Shown: piece by piece, positions 18,834-28,024 of the stretch
Layout of the letters: each line of letters opens with the position of its first letter
How positions within the stretch are numbered: the stretch's first letter is position 1
IMG/VR virus record: IMGVR_UViG_2531839665_000019
Coordinates: 1-39,711 of that record
Reading direction: 5' to 3' (one strand)
Source of the DNA: a virus
Lineage: Duplodnaviria > Heunggongvirae > Uroviricota > Caudoviricetes
Length of the DNA stretch: 39,711 bases
Made by a program: the position numbers and the translations under genes
Notes under the pieces: model-generated
Seen by the model: only the letters and a program-made list of their open reading frames with translations
Told to the model about the DNA's origin: nothing
Database searches by the model: none

Positions 18834-19996
18834 GATGCCTCCGGTGTGTCCTGCATAACCCAGTCTGTCAGCACGTCATCCTCAACCGTTGCCACTGACC
18901 AGCGGTTGCCCGACTGTAACGCATACCGCCACGCGTTGCCGTCCTGCGTGACATGCTCCGCCCGTTCGATGGTCTGCTGCATCAGCACATAGTCGGCAGC
19001 GGTCGGGGGCGTGTCTGTTGCACTGAGGCGCTGCATGACGTCAGCCGTAAGGTTTACCGTCTGCCGTGCAGCACCCGTGGCGGCGACCTGTTCCGGTGAA
19101 CGGATGGCCAGCGGATATCGCTGGCGTGCATCCAGTTCGCTGACATTCGCCAGCCCCCGGGCAAAGTCCGGCCCGGTCAGGGTGCCGGTGACATACTGGC
19201 GGGCGCTGCGGTAATCGTATTTTTCCAGTTCCGGCTGCCATGCCACCCGACCGGGATTAAATCCGAAGCCCGGGTCGGCGGTATACACGGAGCCGTCCGG
19301 CATCTTCAGGCCCATCGTTCTTATGGTCTGGCCCGGCTGGCCATATTCCTGCTTAACCTCAACCAGTCTCCCCTCGCTGCTCTGCACCGTCAGGCCATAT
19401 TTCTCCACATCAGACGCCGAACGCGCCCGGATACGGCAGCGGCATCCGTACCCGTCTGGCGCGTAGAAATACTCCCAGACCGGGTCATCCGCCCGGGCGG
19501 TAAAGCCGTTCAGGGCGGCGTGTTTCGGGCGGGTGTGAAGGTCCATCACCGCCACGCGTTCAAAATAAGGCCGGTCGGCCACGTTCGCCATCTGCTGCTG
19601 ATAACGTCCGGCGTTATATGACGACTGAATATTGGTATCAAATATCGTGCGCAACCGGCGCGGCGTCAGTTGTCTGCCATGCAGTTCGCCGGTGTCCTCG
19701 TCCACAATCAGTTTTTTACCCAGCCAGCCTTTTGATTCCAGCAGTGGTTCCAGTTGTGCTGCAAACTCCCGGAACGTCCCGCCGTCAGCCAGTGCCGCCG
19801 TCAGGCCATCACGGATATCCTTCAGCACATCCAGTTTCAGCACGCCAGCCACCGTGAACGCCCGGGCGTGTGCGATGTCCTTCACATCGTGCCAGCGGAA
19901 GCCGATAACGTATCCCTTACTTTCGAAATACTTAATCGCTTCTTCCGGCTTCAGGGTGTACGCATAACCCAGGTCAACATCGTCAGCTGTCGGCAT
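18830..19996 (-). CDS. minor head protein (Mu F-like)
   Basis: 388 aa ORF immediately after portal. Confidence 0.8.
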   Translation of the reverse strand: MPTADDVDLGYAYTLKPEEAIKYFESKGYVIGFRWHDVKDIAHARAFTVAGVLKLDVLKDIRDGLTAALADGGTFREFAAQLEPLLESKGWLGKKLIVDEDTGELHGRQLTPRRLRTIFDTNIQSSYNAGRYQQQMANVADRPYFERVAVMDLHTRPKHAALNGFTARADDPVWEYFYAPDGYGCRCRIRARSASDVEKYGLTVQSSEGRLVEVKQEYGQPGQTIRTMGLKMPDGSVYTADPGFGFNPGRVAWQPELEKYDYRSARQYVTGTLTGPDFARGLANVSELDARQRYPLAIRSPEQVAATGAARQTVNLTADVMQRLSATDTPPTAADYVLMQQTIERAEHVTQDGNAWRYALQSGNRWSVATVEDDVLTDWVMQDTPEAS

Positions 19997-21578
19997 TCAG
20001 TCGCCCCCAGATATCCGCCACAAAGAATGCCTGTGTCAGCAACTGTCGCAGCGTGTCATCCGGCAGTTCCGGCCACGCTTCCGCCAGTACGTTCATGGCC
20101 TCGTCCGCATCCCGGCCTTCCTGTATGGCCTGCACCAGTGGGGCCACCAGTTCGTTCATCCCCTGCGCGATGGCCTCTGCCGGAAGTTCTGCCCGGTCGA
20201 TGGCGCGCTGTGCCGGGTCGTCCTCCCCGTTGTCCTGCTGACTGAGTGCGACAACATTCAGCCGCTCACGCAGCTGGCTGAGGCCCGCCTGCACAGGGAG
20301 ACGCTGTGCCACCGGCACCAGTACCTCTTCGCCGTCTTTCGGGGTGGGGATACCGGTTTTTTTGCGTACCCACGACACCGGGATATCCTTCATCCCCACT
20401 TTGTTGACCAGCACGCTGACGGCTTCCGCCACGCCCTTAATGTCGGCTTCCTGCTGCACATCAAACACCAGTCGCGGCAGACGGCGTGGCGGGATATCCT
20501 GCCAGCCGTTCAGGCTGGCCATCATCTGTATCAGGCTGCTGAACATGCCGGACAGCTGGCGCGCATCGGCGGCCAGAATGTCGTGCCTTACCTCGTTATG
20601 CACATTACCCAGCGCGTTGGTGGAGGTTTTACCGTCGGCCTGGCTGGTCAGCGTACTGCCCAGAATCACTTTTGAGGTGGTACGTTCTGCCCATTCCACC
20701 ATCGACATGAACGCCTCCGGTCCGCCGGACGCGGCCTCCTTGAACTCAATTTCGTTACCCTGCGGCAGGGCTGCCACTGCTTCATGCCCCAGATTAACCA
20801 GGGCTTCGAGAATGTTGTCCCGGTCTTCGTCACTGGTGCCCTGTGCATAGTACGCAATGCGCGCCGGAAGGCCGTAAATCTCCAGAAATTCCGCCATATC
20901 ACGCAGCGCAAAGTTTTTGAACAGATACGGCCAGACCAGTACGCGGAACAGGCCGGATGAACCCAGGAACCCCGACCGGGCGTTGTAACGGTGAACCAGC
21001 CAGCCGAACGGCCACAGCGCGGAACCGTCTTTACCATCTTCCCCACGATTGCCGTCATCCAGCCGGAGTTCGTCATTGTGTTCTGGCAGGGTAATAAACC
21101 AGTTATGCGGGCGCAGCGTCACCGCATCCGGTAACCACGTTTTATCCACGAACGCCCAGCTGATTTCCTGACAGCTGAAGCCGTAACCGACGCTGGTCAT
21201 CCCGTTGAGGATGATGTCCTCCATGTCCGGGATACCATGCAGCCAGTCATCCACGGCGGCAGCCAGCTCCTTTTCTGCCTTCGAGGCATTGCGGGGCGGC
21301 TCCACCGACCAGTCCAGCGTCAGCAACGCTTTTTTGCGCTTTTCCATCTCGGCGAACAGATGGCCATCACGTTCTTCCATATCCGCAAACAGCATCGCCT
21401 GCGCCGGAAGATAGCCGCGCTCGGCGGCTTCCAGAATGCGCGGCAGTTTTCTGATGTTCAGACCACGGGACGGGTGGTCGGGATAAATGCGCAGCCGTTC
21501 CGCCACTCTGACCGACTGCGTGGTTTTTAGTGCCTCACGTTTCAGCGGGCGTCCGTAAATATCAACAAGCTGTGCCAT
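19983..21578 (-). CDS. portal protein (Mu gp29-like, DUF935)
   Basis: 531 aa ORF following the large terminase. Confidence 0.85.
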   Translation of the reverse strand: MAQLVDIYGRPLKREALKTTQSVRVAERLRIYPDHPSRGLNIRKLPRILEAAERGYLPAQAMLFADMEERDGHLFAEMEKRKKALLTLDWSVEPPRNASKAEKELAAAVDDWLHGIPDMEDIILNGMTSVGYGFSCQEISWAFVDKTWLPDAVTLRPHNWFITLPEHNDELRLDDGNRGEDGKDGSALWPFGWLVHRYNARSGFLGSSGLFRVLVWPYLFKNFALRDMAEFLEIYGLPARIAYYAQGTSDEDRDNILEALVNLGHEAVAALPQGNEIEFKEAASGGPEAFMSMVEWAERTTSKVILGSTLTSQADGKTSTNALGNVHNEVRHDILAADARQLSGMFSSLIQMMASLNGWQDIPPRRLPRLVFDVQQEADIKGVAEAVSVLVNKVGMKDIPVSWVRKKTGIPTPKDGEEVLVPVAQRLPVQAGLSQLRERLNVVALSQQDNGEDDPAQRAIDRAELPAEAIAQGMNELVAPLVQAIQEGRDADEAMNVLAEAWPELPDDTLRQLLTQAFFVADIWGRLNADS

Positions 21579-21581
21579 TAA

Positions 21582-23279
21582 TTACCATCCTCCTGAACCA
21601 AAACGCCCGCCACGGTCACGCCCGGTGCTGCGTGGGGTGTGAATCTGAAATTTTGCGCTGCGCGATACCGCCAGCGTCCACAGCATGTGCAGACAGTCCG
21701 GGCCATCATCGTGGTCGGCTTTGGGGTAGTGGCGTAGCTGGTCAATCAGCGTCTGATGTGCCGGACTGATGCGGATCAGGCCGTTGGCCATATGCGGCTG
21801 AAGAGACTCAATACGCAGCGCTTTATCCTCCAGCGGGATGACCGGCAGCGCCGGAACCGGCACGCCCAGCGCCGCCGAACGCTCAACCAGCACGGTACGC
21901 AGAAACTCCTGAAACTGGACGGACTCAAACGACCAGCACAGACAGTGGTATTCCCGCTGATACTTAATCACGTCTTCGATAAGTTTGTTTGGCAGACGTC
22001 GGCGGATATCGGCTTCAACCACATCCAGAATGCCGGTAAAGCGGTTAAAGCCCCCCACGAGAATGGCCGACGGGTCGCGGTTTTTGTTTTTCTTCCCGAG
22101 ACTGGGGTCAACAGCACCATAAAACACCCATTCATCAAGACGGTTAACCCAGAACTTAATGCAGCCAGCAAACAGCGCATCTTCACCGCTGACCGGGTCG
22201 TTCTGGTATTCAGAATCAAAGGTGTCATGACCGTCACGGACACGGATTTTCATCAGTGCCAGCAGGGGACGCGCCGCCCATGACACCACCGACCCGGCGA
22301 GCATGTCGGCTTCGTTCTGTCGGTAAAGTGCCTCTGCTGCTTCCGGCTGTTTGTTGCGGATGAGTTCTTCCCACTCGTCCCACAGCTTCATATTGGCAGG
22401 CCACTGAATGACAGCCTTAAAGCGGGCCGTTTTCCACATCGGGTTATTCAGCGTGCGTGACAGTACGGAGTCGTAATGCAGGATGGTCCCGATATAAATA
22501 ATATCGGTTTTACCGCCAGCCTCGCCCAGCGGCATCACGGTTTTGGTGAGCCAGTCATGCAGCTTGTCGCGCTGCTCCGGGTTACGCACCATCTCGTCGT
22601 TCTCGATGTCGTCGAGGATGACCAGGTCAGGACGGTACGGACCGTGGCGCAGACCACGCAGTTTTTTACCACTACCGGCAACGGTCACCTTGATATTGTT
22701 GGCCGTGACGATGGTCCCCATACGCCAGACGCGCCCCTGTCCGCACACTTCCGGGAAATCGTTTTTTAAACGGGGGTTAAATTCCAGTTCAGCCTTGATG
22801 GCTTCCAGCATCGGATAAGCCTGGTCGATACTGTCCATAATGATGACCGGGTAATGTTTAATGGCCCGGATAATGGTCCACAGGGTAAACAACTGAGTCA
22901 CCAGCGTGGATTTTGCTTCACCACGGGGGGCGGCGATGGCGTCGTTCTCCGGGTCCGGGCTTGCCACAACCTGTGGCAGACGGCTGAACAGGTATTTATG
23001 CAGCTCGCTTTTTGCCGGGTTGCGGACGTAGTGCGGGAAATAGTTTTCGACAAAATAATCGTAGCCCGTCACCGGGTCGCAGACTGCCGCCCGGCGGGCC
23101 TGTGTGGCCTGCGGGTTAACATCGAACCCCAGACATTCAGCCTCAATGGTCTGGCGGAGGTTGGCGATGTACTCCTGTAAGCTTCTCTGAAACTCTTTAA
23201 TGGAAAGTTTACGTTTTGCCACGTCACACCTGCGCTGCTTCTGCCTGCGCTTTTTCGAGACGTGCGCAGGCGATATCAA
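21582..23279 (-). CDS. terminase large subunit
   Basis: 565 aa; Walker A-like PRGEAKST and Walker B-like DLVILDDIEND; listed start is TTG and overlaps the MTase gene, so the true start is uncertain. Confidence 0.85.
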   Translation of the reverse strand: MISPAHVSKKRRQKQRRCDVAKRKLSIKEFQRSLQEYIANLRQTIEAECLGFDVNPQATQARRAAVCDPVTGYDYFVENYFPHYVRNPAKSELHKYLFSRLPQVVASPDPENDAIAAPRGEAKSTLVTQLFTLWTIIRAIKHYPVIIMDSIDQAYPMLEAIKAELEFNPRLKNDFPEVCGQGRVWRMGTIVTANNIKVTVAGSGKKLRGLRHGPYRPDLVILDDIENDEMVRNPEQRDKLHDWLTKTVMPLGEAGGKTDIIYIGTILHYDSVLSRTLNNPMWKTARFKAVIQWPANMKLWDEWEELIRNKQPEAAEALYRQNEADMLAGSVVSWAARPLLALMKIRVRDGHDTFDSEYQNDPVSGEDALFAGCIKFWVNRLDEWVFYGAVDPSLGKKNKNRDPSAILVGGFNRFTGILDVVEADIRRRLPNKLIEDVIKYQREYHCLCWSFESVQFQEFLRTVLVERSAALGVPVPALPVIPLEDKALRIESLQPHMANGLIRISPAHQTLIDQLRHYPKADHDDGPDCLHMLWTLAVSRSAKFQIHTPRSTGRDRGGRFGSGGW

Positions 23280-23964
23280 AATACTGGTTAGTCATTTCAA
23301 TGCCGGTAAATCGTCCGCCACGGGCAAGAACCGGAAGCGCGGTTGTCCCGCTTCCCATAAACGGATCGAGAACGTGCGCATCCGGTGCCAGCGGTTTAAC
23401 CAGCTCGGCCATCAGCTGAACCGGCTTTGCGGTCATGTGCAGTTTTTCGGACGGGACGACACGCTGCGTAATCACACCCGGGAACGGGCCACCGTGCGGG
23501 CATTTGTCGAGTTTTCCGTTGCTGCCCCAGACCACATACTCGGCCTGATGCCGGAAATAGCCGGTGTGTGGCGCACGGGAAGCCTGCGTTTTATCCCAGA
23601 CAACCAGACCGCGCCACAGCACACCACCGGCCTGAAATGCATCGGTAAGCGCCGGTAGTTGTCGCCAGTCACTGAACACCATGAAATAACCGCCGGGATT
23701 CAGCCTGTGCAATGCATGAGATATCCACATGGAACACCAGAACGCCCAGCTGCGCTGGTCGCGGTTATCGCCGGTGAACTCGGCATACTGAGTGTGACCG
23801 ACATACTTGTCCGAAGGGGCCATGCTGCGGTCTGATTTGTGTGTGCCACCACTGCTGTAAGGCGGGTCGGTAATGACGGCATCAAAACGTTCAGATAACG
23901 CCGGCAGCACATCAAGAACATCACCGCAATACAACGTTGCGTTACCAATAATCTGTTTTTGCAT
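23224..23964 (-). CDS. DNA methyltransferase, beta-class N6-adenine/N4-cytosine (orphan, no cognate nuclease seen)
   Basis: 246 aa; motif IV DPPY near the N-terminus, HMTAKP, and C-terminal AdoMet motif DPFMGSGTT. Confidence 0.9.
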   Translation of the reverse strand: MQKQIIGNATLYCGDVLDVLPALSERFDAVITDPPYSSGGTHKSDRSMAPSDKYVGHTQYAEFTGDNRDQRSWAFWCSMWISHALHRLNPGGYFMVFSDWRQLPALTDAFQAGGVLWRGLVVWDKTQASRAPHTGYFRHQAEYVVWGSNGKLDKCPHGGPFPGVITQRVVPSEKLHMTAKPVQLMAELVKPLAPDAHVLDPFMGSGTTALPVLARGGRFTGIEMTNQYFDIACARLEKAQAEAAQV

Positions 23965-24010
23965 TACAAATCCCGAATATCAGACGGCCCGGAAAACCGG
24001 GCCGCTGTGG

Positions 24011-24511
24011 TTAACTGAAATTATCCTCAAGCTCTTTAGCGAAGCCTTCGAGCACCTCAAGGAACGCGGCATACTGTGCCGGGTGACGCTCCTTGATGAA
24101 CGCGCCGAGCCGCTGCACCACTTCCAGTGCTGTGGCGAGCCGGTCGGTTTCCGGCAGGATTTTTTTACTGCTGGCCACCGCCTTACTGAGACTGTCAGAC
24201 AGACTCGCCAGCAGTTCGACGGACTCCTGCGGCGGGATGTCCGGGTTCTGGTTCAGCCGTTCAAGCGTCGTCTGACACTTCACCACCAGACTGATAAGCA
24301 CGGTGCGGGCGACACTTTCCAGCCCGTCACCGGCGAGCGCGTGAGCGGCACGCAGCTTGTCCCAGTCGTCGCCGTTTTTCATCGCCTGCGTTTTCCAGCG
24401 CCGCGCGGTGTCGTGCGGCACGGCGTACTTCATGGCGACGATATCCAGCGGAAGCTGGTCAAAGATGTACCCGTTACGGACTTTGTCCCTGATATCCTGT
24501 GACCACGCCAT
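24011..24511 (-). CDS. Mu gp27-like protein (putative small terminase subunit, DUF1804-like)
   Basis: 166 aa ORF upstream of MTase and large terminase. Confidence 0.45.
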   Translation of the reverse strand: MAWSQDIRDKVRNGYIFDQLPLDIVAMKYAVPHDTARRWKTQAMKNGDDWDKLRAAHALAGDGLESVARTVLISLVVKCQTTLERLNQNPDIPPQESVELLASLSDSLSKAVASSKKILPETDRLATALEVVQRLGAFIKERHPAQYAAFLEVLEGFAKELEDNFS

Positions 24512-24717
24512 TAAGTGTCCTTCTGAGCCTGTTCAATCAGGCATTTAACTTCGTAGGGATTTTCAAGAACATACACGTTTTTCCCGGTATCCAGCTCAAT
24601 GATCGTGCCACCATATGCACCACACTGACGGTAAAAATGGGTGATGCGTTCAGCGACTACCATGACAGCGCTGGTGCTCCCTGAGCCTGCGCATTCTGTA
24701 AATCTGATAATGCTCAC
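24511..24717 (-). CDS. hypothetical phage protein
   Basis: 68 aa ORF between lysis genes and gp27-like. Confidence 0.4.
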   Translation of the reverse strand: MSIIRFTECAGSGSTSAVMVVAERITHFYRQCGAYGGTIIELDTGKNVYVLENPYEVKCLIEQAQKDT

Positions 24718-24737
24718 TGTGTCAGACCTTCAAAAAA

Positions 24738-24920
24738 TCAGTTCTGCGAACACTGCCGGATGCCGTCAATAATCCGGCAGACCTGTGCCGCCGCGTCAAA
24801 CAGCTGGCCCGCTCTGTTAATGTCTGTGCATCCCACCGGAAGCAACATCATCAGAAACAGGGCCAGAACACAGCGCGCGGCTTTACGTGGCGTTCTGTGG
24901 GTCCAGTGACTTCTGTTCAT
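24738..24920 (-). CDS. small membrane/lipoprotein-like protein (possible o-spanin-like)
   Basis: 60 aa; basic N-terminus, hydrophobic stretch, Cys after LLPVG (non-canonical lipobox); immediately after endolysin. Confidence 0.35.
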   Translation of the reverse strand: MNRSHWTHRTPRKAARCVLALFLMMLLPVGCTDINRAGQLFDAAAQVCRIIDGIRQCSQN

Positions 24921-24933
24921 AACCCGTCCCGCA

Positions 24934-25311
24934 TCAACGTTTTAACTGGAAATGAGGCCCGTCTTTCAGCGTTTTCCAGTCTCCGCCCCATTCGATGGCG
25001 ACACCCAGCTCTGCGGCAGCCTGTTTAAAGGCACGGGCGATTTTTTCGTATAACGGCCAGTCCCATGAAATGGTGCTACCAACGTAAGCCACGACATCAA
25101 CGGCATCGCCAGTAAGGTGACGGCTGTTCATGGTCTGGCTCTTGCCTTCAGCGACAAGTTGTTTCTGACGTTCTTTCGTGCGTAAACCTTCGGTAATACC
25201 AAAATCGACGTCTGACAATGCCAGCGCACGACGTACAACCGCCACCAGTTGTGGCTTTACGCCAGCCAGATTTTTCTCGCTACGTTGACTGAAACGGAAT
25301 TTTCCCGACAT
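24934..25311 (-). CDS. endolysin, peptidase M15 family (L-alanyl-D-glutamate peptidase type)
   Basis: SRHLTGDAVD and DWKTLKDGPHFQL motifs; start ATG 25311 overlaps upstream stop (TGAATATG). Confidence 0.8.
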   Translation of the reverse strand: MSGKFRFSQRSEKNLAGVKPQLVAVVRRALALSDVDFGITEGLRTKERQKQLVAEGKSQTMNSRHLTGDAVDVVAYVGSTISWDWPLYEKIARAFKQAAAELGVAIEWGGDWKTLKDGPHFQLKR

Positions 25312-25313
25312 AT

Positions 25314-25592
25314 TCACCTCCGCAATAACGAAAGGATTTTTGACAAATTCCCGTGCGCCCACACGATAAGCGCACAGAAAACCAGATTCAGCGCCACAAC
25401 CAGCCAGCTGGAGTGCGTGTATGTACCGGACAGCCAGCGGAACGGGATGATGATGTAACCGAGCATCAGCCAGTACGCCAGCCAGGTAATCATCGGTTTA
25501 TGCGCTGCGCCGTGGCGGCGATACATAAACAACCCCAGCACAATGGCGAGACACAGCCAGACGTTCACAATACCGGCAAGGCTACTTTCCAT
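25314..25592 (-). CDS. membrane protein, holin/antiholin-like
   Basis: 92 aa with about 3 predicted TM segments; strong SD GGAGGGGG; between holin and endolysin. Confidence 0.5.
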   Translation of the reverse strand: MESSLAGIVNVWLCLAIVLGLFMYRRHGAAHKPMITWLAYWLMLGYIIIPFRWLSGTYTHSSWLVVALNLVFCALIVWAHGNLSKILSLLRR

Positions 25593-25974
25593 TTCCGCCC
25601 CCTCCGCCGCGCAGTCTGGAAAACAGGCTGAACAGCGATGAAATTTCCTGTTGATAAAGAAAAGTCAGTATCTTGATGGATAAAGCAGAGACACCGACCG
25701 CACACAATGCATCGAGCGGCTTGTCGTTGTAGTGGGTCAGCCACTGCATCAGTGACGCAGCCACGCCAGCCCCCAGAACGCCAACCACAAACGCGACGAG
25801 CAGGTGGATAGCCATTCGCCAGACCGGGATTTCTTTCTGCTGCGTGACAACAAAAAGCGCCCCGGCAAACGCGCCCACCACAACCCCGAAATCGGTATTG
25901 GTGAGAAGGCCAAACACACTGGCACCACCGATGGTGACTGCCACAGCTCCGCCGCCTGATAAGGGTTCAGACAT
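25582..25974 (-). CDS. putative holin
   Basis: 130 aa from ATG 25974 (AGGAGA SD, 6 nt spacing); multiple hydrophobic Gly/Ala-rich TM segments; first gene of lysis cassette. Confidence 0.55.
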   Translation of the reverse strand: MSEPLSGGGAVAVTIGGASVFGLLTNTDFGVVVGAFAGALFVVTQQKEIPVWRMAIHLLVAFVVGVLGAGVAASLMQWLTHYNDKPLDALCAVGVSALSIKILTFLYQQEISSLFSLFSRLRGGGGGNGK

Positions 25975-26131
25975 GAGTTTCTCCTGTAAATCTGAGCCAC
26001 TGACGGCCCGTAAATAACACCCTGTCAAAGGCACAAAAGCCTTTTGCAGGGCGCTATCCCTTAAGGTGCCTTGTGGTCTGAGTGGACAGGGTAAACGGTC
26101 TGGTATGGTGGGTACTGCTGGGGGAGTTCAG

Positions 26132-26151
26132 CACCCCGCGGCGGCGGGGTG
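26132..26151. other. GC-rich hairpin (8-bp stem CACCCCGC/GCGGGGTG) at the early/late boundary
   Basis: Perfect inverted repeat in the 120-bp gap upstream of the lysis cassette; no flanking U-tract on either strand. Confidence 0.3.
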
Positions 26152-26156
26152 ATAAA

Positions 26157-26435
26157 TCAGAAGCGGGAAAGAGAATCCGGCGTAATAAGAGGTTTATTAC
26201 AAAGCGGAGCAGAGGCGTTCGCCTTTTCCATCGCTGCGCGCATCTCGTTTTCGCTGGCGATGATGTCAGCAATGGCACACTGCAACGCTTCTTCCTGAAC
26301 AACCATATCCGGTTGTTCGGCCATTCGGTTTAACTGACTGGCCAAATTTTTCATATAAGCAAAGCGACGTCCGGCAGCATCCCGGGCCTGCTCTGAGTAG
26401 GCCGTATACTCGCCAAGTGCCATATAGTTGGTCAT
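26157..26435 (-). CDS. hypothetical phage protein
   Basis: 92 aa from ATG 26435 with AAGGAG SD; follows the Mor-like gene. Confidence 0.5.
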   Translation of the reverse strand: MTNYMALGEYTAYSEQARDAAGRRFAYMKNLASQLNRMAEQPDMVVQEEALQCAIADIIASENEMRAAMEKANASAPLCNKPLITPDSLSRF

Positions 26436-26461
26436 AAGTGTCTCCTTTTTTCTGAGGCCCA

Positions 26462-26929
26462 TTAATCAAAAAGCCCCACCTGGGTGGGGCTTTTCAGCGA
26501 AGTCTGTTTTTGTCGTCGGTGTATCAGCTGCCATGCGTACCGGTCTGAAATGCCGTAACGGGGACAGAGCAGTGCCAGCGCCTGCCGGTGTGAGCATCCG
26601 TCTTTTACATGCTGCTGTAAATCAGCCATAAAACGGGTGTTACGCAGGGCACGTAACGCATGATCGCAACGGGGAATGTAAAACGGAGCACCGCCAAGAA
26701 AGCGGATCAGTTTGTTGATTTCGTCTTCGGTCAGCACGTCATGTAACAGGGCATGGACACCGCCGGTGCGTCCGGCGTGTGCGCCGGTTTTACCGCTTAA
26801 CGTCACGCCACCAAAAGAACGAATCAACCGGGTCAGGGCGGGGAAGCCAATCACGCTAATCAGTTGCTGCACGGAATCGGGCAGCAGTGCCTGCGCATCG
26901 CGAAGATCTGTTTCACTGAAGGTCTGCAT
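26462..26929 (-). CDS. mor: Mor/C-family transcriptional activator
   Basis: 155 aa; C-terminal LGGAPFYIPR...YGISDRYAWQLI matches the Mor/C pattern GG..YIPR......YG.S. Confidence 0.8.
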   Translation of the reverse strand: MQTFSETDLRDAQALLPDSVQQLISVIGFPALTRLIRSFGGVTLSGKTGAHAGRTGGVHALLHDVLTEDEINKLIRFLGGAPFYIPRCDHALRALRNTRFMADLQQHVKDGCSHRQALALLCPRYGISDRYAWQLIHRRQKQTSLKSPTQVGLFD

Positions 26930-27024
26930 GATGGCGTCTCCGGTAGTAACTTACTGTTATTATAGCCATACATGATCGCCTGTACAGACCACAAAAAAGC
27001 CCCTGCAAGGCAGGGGCTGATTCT

Positions 27025-27438
27025 TTATTGTTTACGTGCTGCTCTGGCTCGTTTTCTGGCGTCTTTTGTCAGCGCCACCATCACCCCGAACAGTTGATCA
27101 TCTGTCAGCCATTCGATCACATGTTGCTTATACATGTGAGATGCCAGTCCTTCCGCATATGCCCAGGAACGACCGGCATCAGCCAGCAACGCTTCAATTT
27201 TGGATAATACCGATTTTCTGCTCATTGCCACACGGGGGCGGCGACCTTTACCGGCGGGGGCTTTACGCGGAAATCCCTGTTCGTGCATGTATTCCCGGAT
27301 GATGCGCAGTTCATCGAGGTTGCAGCGTGTGGTGCTGGTTTTACCGGTCAGGCGGGCCAGCGTCTGGCGATAAAGGACATCATCCCACCCCAGATACGCC
27401 TGACCGGCTTTAATGGCTCCGATCATCTTTTTCAGCAT
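27025..27438 (-). CDS. GemA-like regulatory protein (DUF1018, Mu gp16-like)
   Basis: N-terminus IKAGQAYLGWDDVLYRQTLARLTGKTSTTRCNLDELRII resembles the GemA pattern; start taken at internal ATG 27438. Confidence 0.6.
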   Translation of the reverse strand: MLKKMIGAIKAGQAYLGWDDVLYRQTLARLTGKTSTTRCNLDELRIIREYMHEQGFPRKAPAGKGRRPRVAMSRKSVLSKIEALLADAGRSWAYAEGLASHMYKQHVIEWLTDDQLFGVMVALTKDARKRARAARKQ

Positions 27439-27688
27439 GTTTGTTATCCTCAAAACGCACGGTAAAACGTGAAACGCCAATCCCTGACAGGAACGCAGCG
27501 GCACGGTCAAGAGACAGCCACGTCTTGTAATCGCCACGGCGTTCCTGTAGAAAATAGGACACCCCGGCGCGACGATTCACAGCAAAGAGGTGATACACAC
27601 CACCGAACCGCTGCACGACGAACTCATCCACGCCACCGCTTTCAGCCTGTTGCCTGAAAGCTGCCATTCCGATTTGTTCAATCTTCAT
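27410..27688 (-). CDS. hypothetical phage protein
   Basis: ORF downstream of a double palindrome; start ambiguous (27724, 27688 or 27667), none with a good SD. Confidence 0.35.
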   Translation of the reverse strand: MKIEQIGMAAFRQQAESGGVDEFVVQRFGGVYHLFAVNRRAGVSYFLQERRGDYKTWLSLDRAAAFLSGIGVSRFTVRFEDNKHAEKDDRSH

Positions 27689-27693
27689 AATGA

Positions 27694-27738
27694 CCAAAAC
27701 ACTACTTTTGGCAGACCAAAACATATGTTTTGGTCTGC
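27694..27738. promoter_or_regulatory. tandem palindromes sharing CCAAAAC/GTTTTGG half-sites (candidate operator)
   Basis: CCAAAAC-ACTAC-TTTTGG followed by the perfect 28-bp palindrome GCAGACCAAAACATATGTTTTGGTCTGC (27711-27738); centres about 22 bp apart. Confidence 0.45.
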
Positions 27739-27768
27739 GCTTGATTGTTATTTGCTCAATGTGGTGAA

Positions 27769-28020
27769 TTATTTATCACCATCACTGAGCGTCACTTCAT
27801 GGCAGGATGGCGTGCCATCTTTCCCGGCAGAGCAATAAATAAACTTATCTCCGTCGGTCATGGTGGCACTTCCATCATCACAATGCGTAATGGTTTTGAT
27901 GAAATTTCTCCTTACCACGCAATGCCCACTTTCCGCATCATCAGAAGCCTTGTTAGTTGTTACACAAAGCGCAATACCCGTAACAATCAGAGCGATAATA
28001 AAAATGTCAACCCATCTCAT
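27769..28020 (-). CDS. small Cys-rich exported/membrane-anchored protein
   Basis: 83 aa from ATG 28020; N-terminal hydrophobic segment WVDIFIIALIVTGIALC then four Cys in about 60 aa; low-GC region. Confidence 0.5.
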   Translation of the reverse strand: MRWVDIFIIALIVTGIALCVTTNKASDDAESGHCVVRRNFIKTITHCDDGSATMTDGDKFIYCSAGKDGTPSCHEVTLSDGDK

Positions 28021-28024
28021 CTTT

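Noticed and set aside
18210-18992. 260-aa plus-strand ORF
   Set aside because: Antisense to the G-like and F-like genes, with similar spurious composition.
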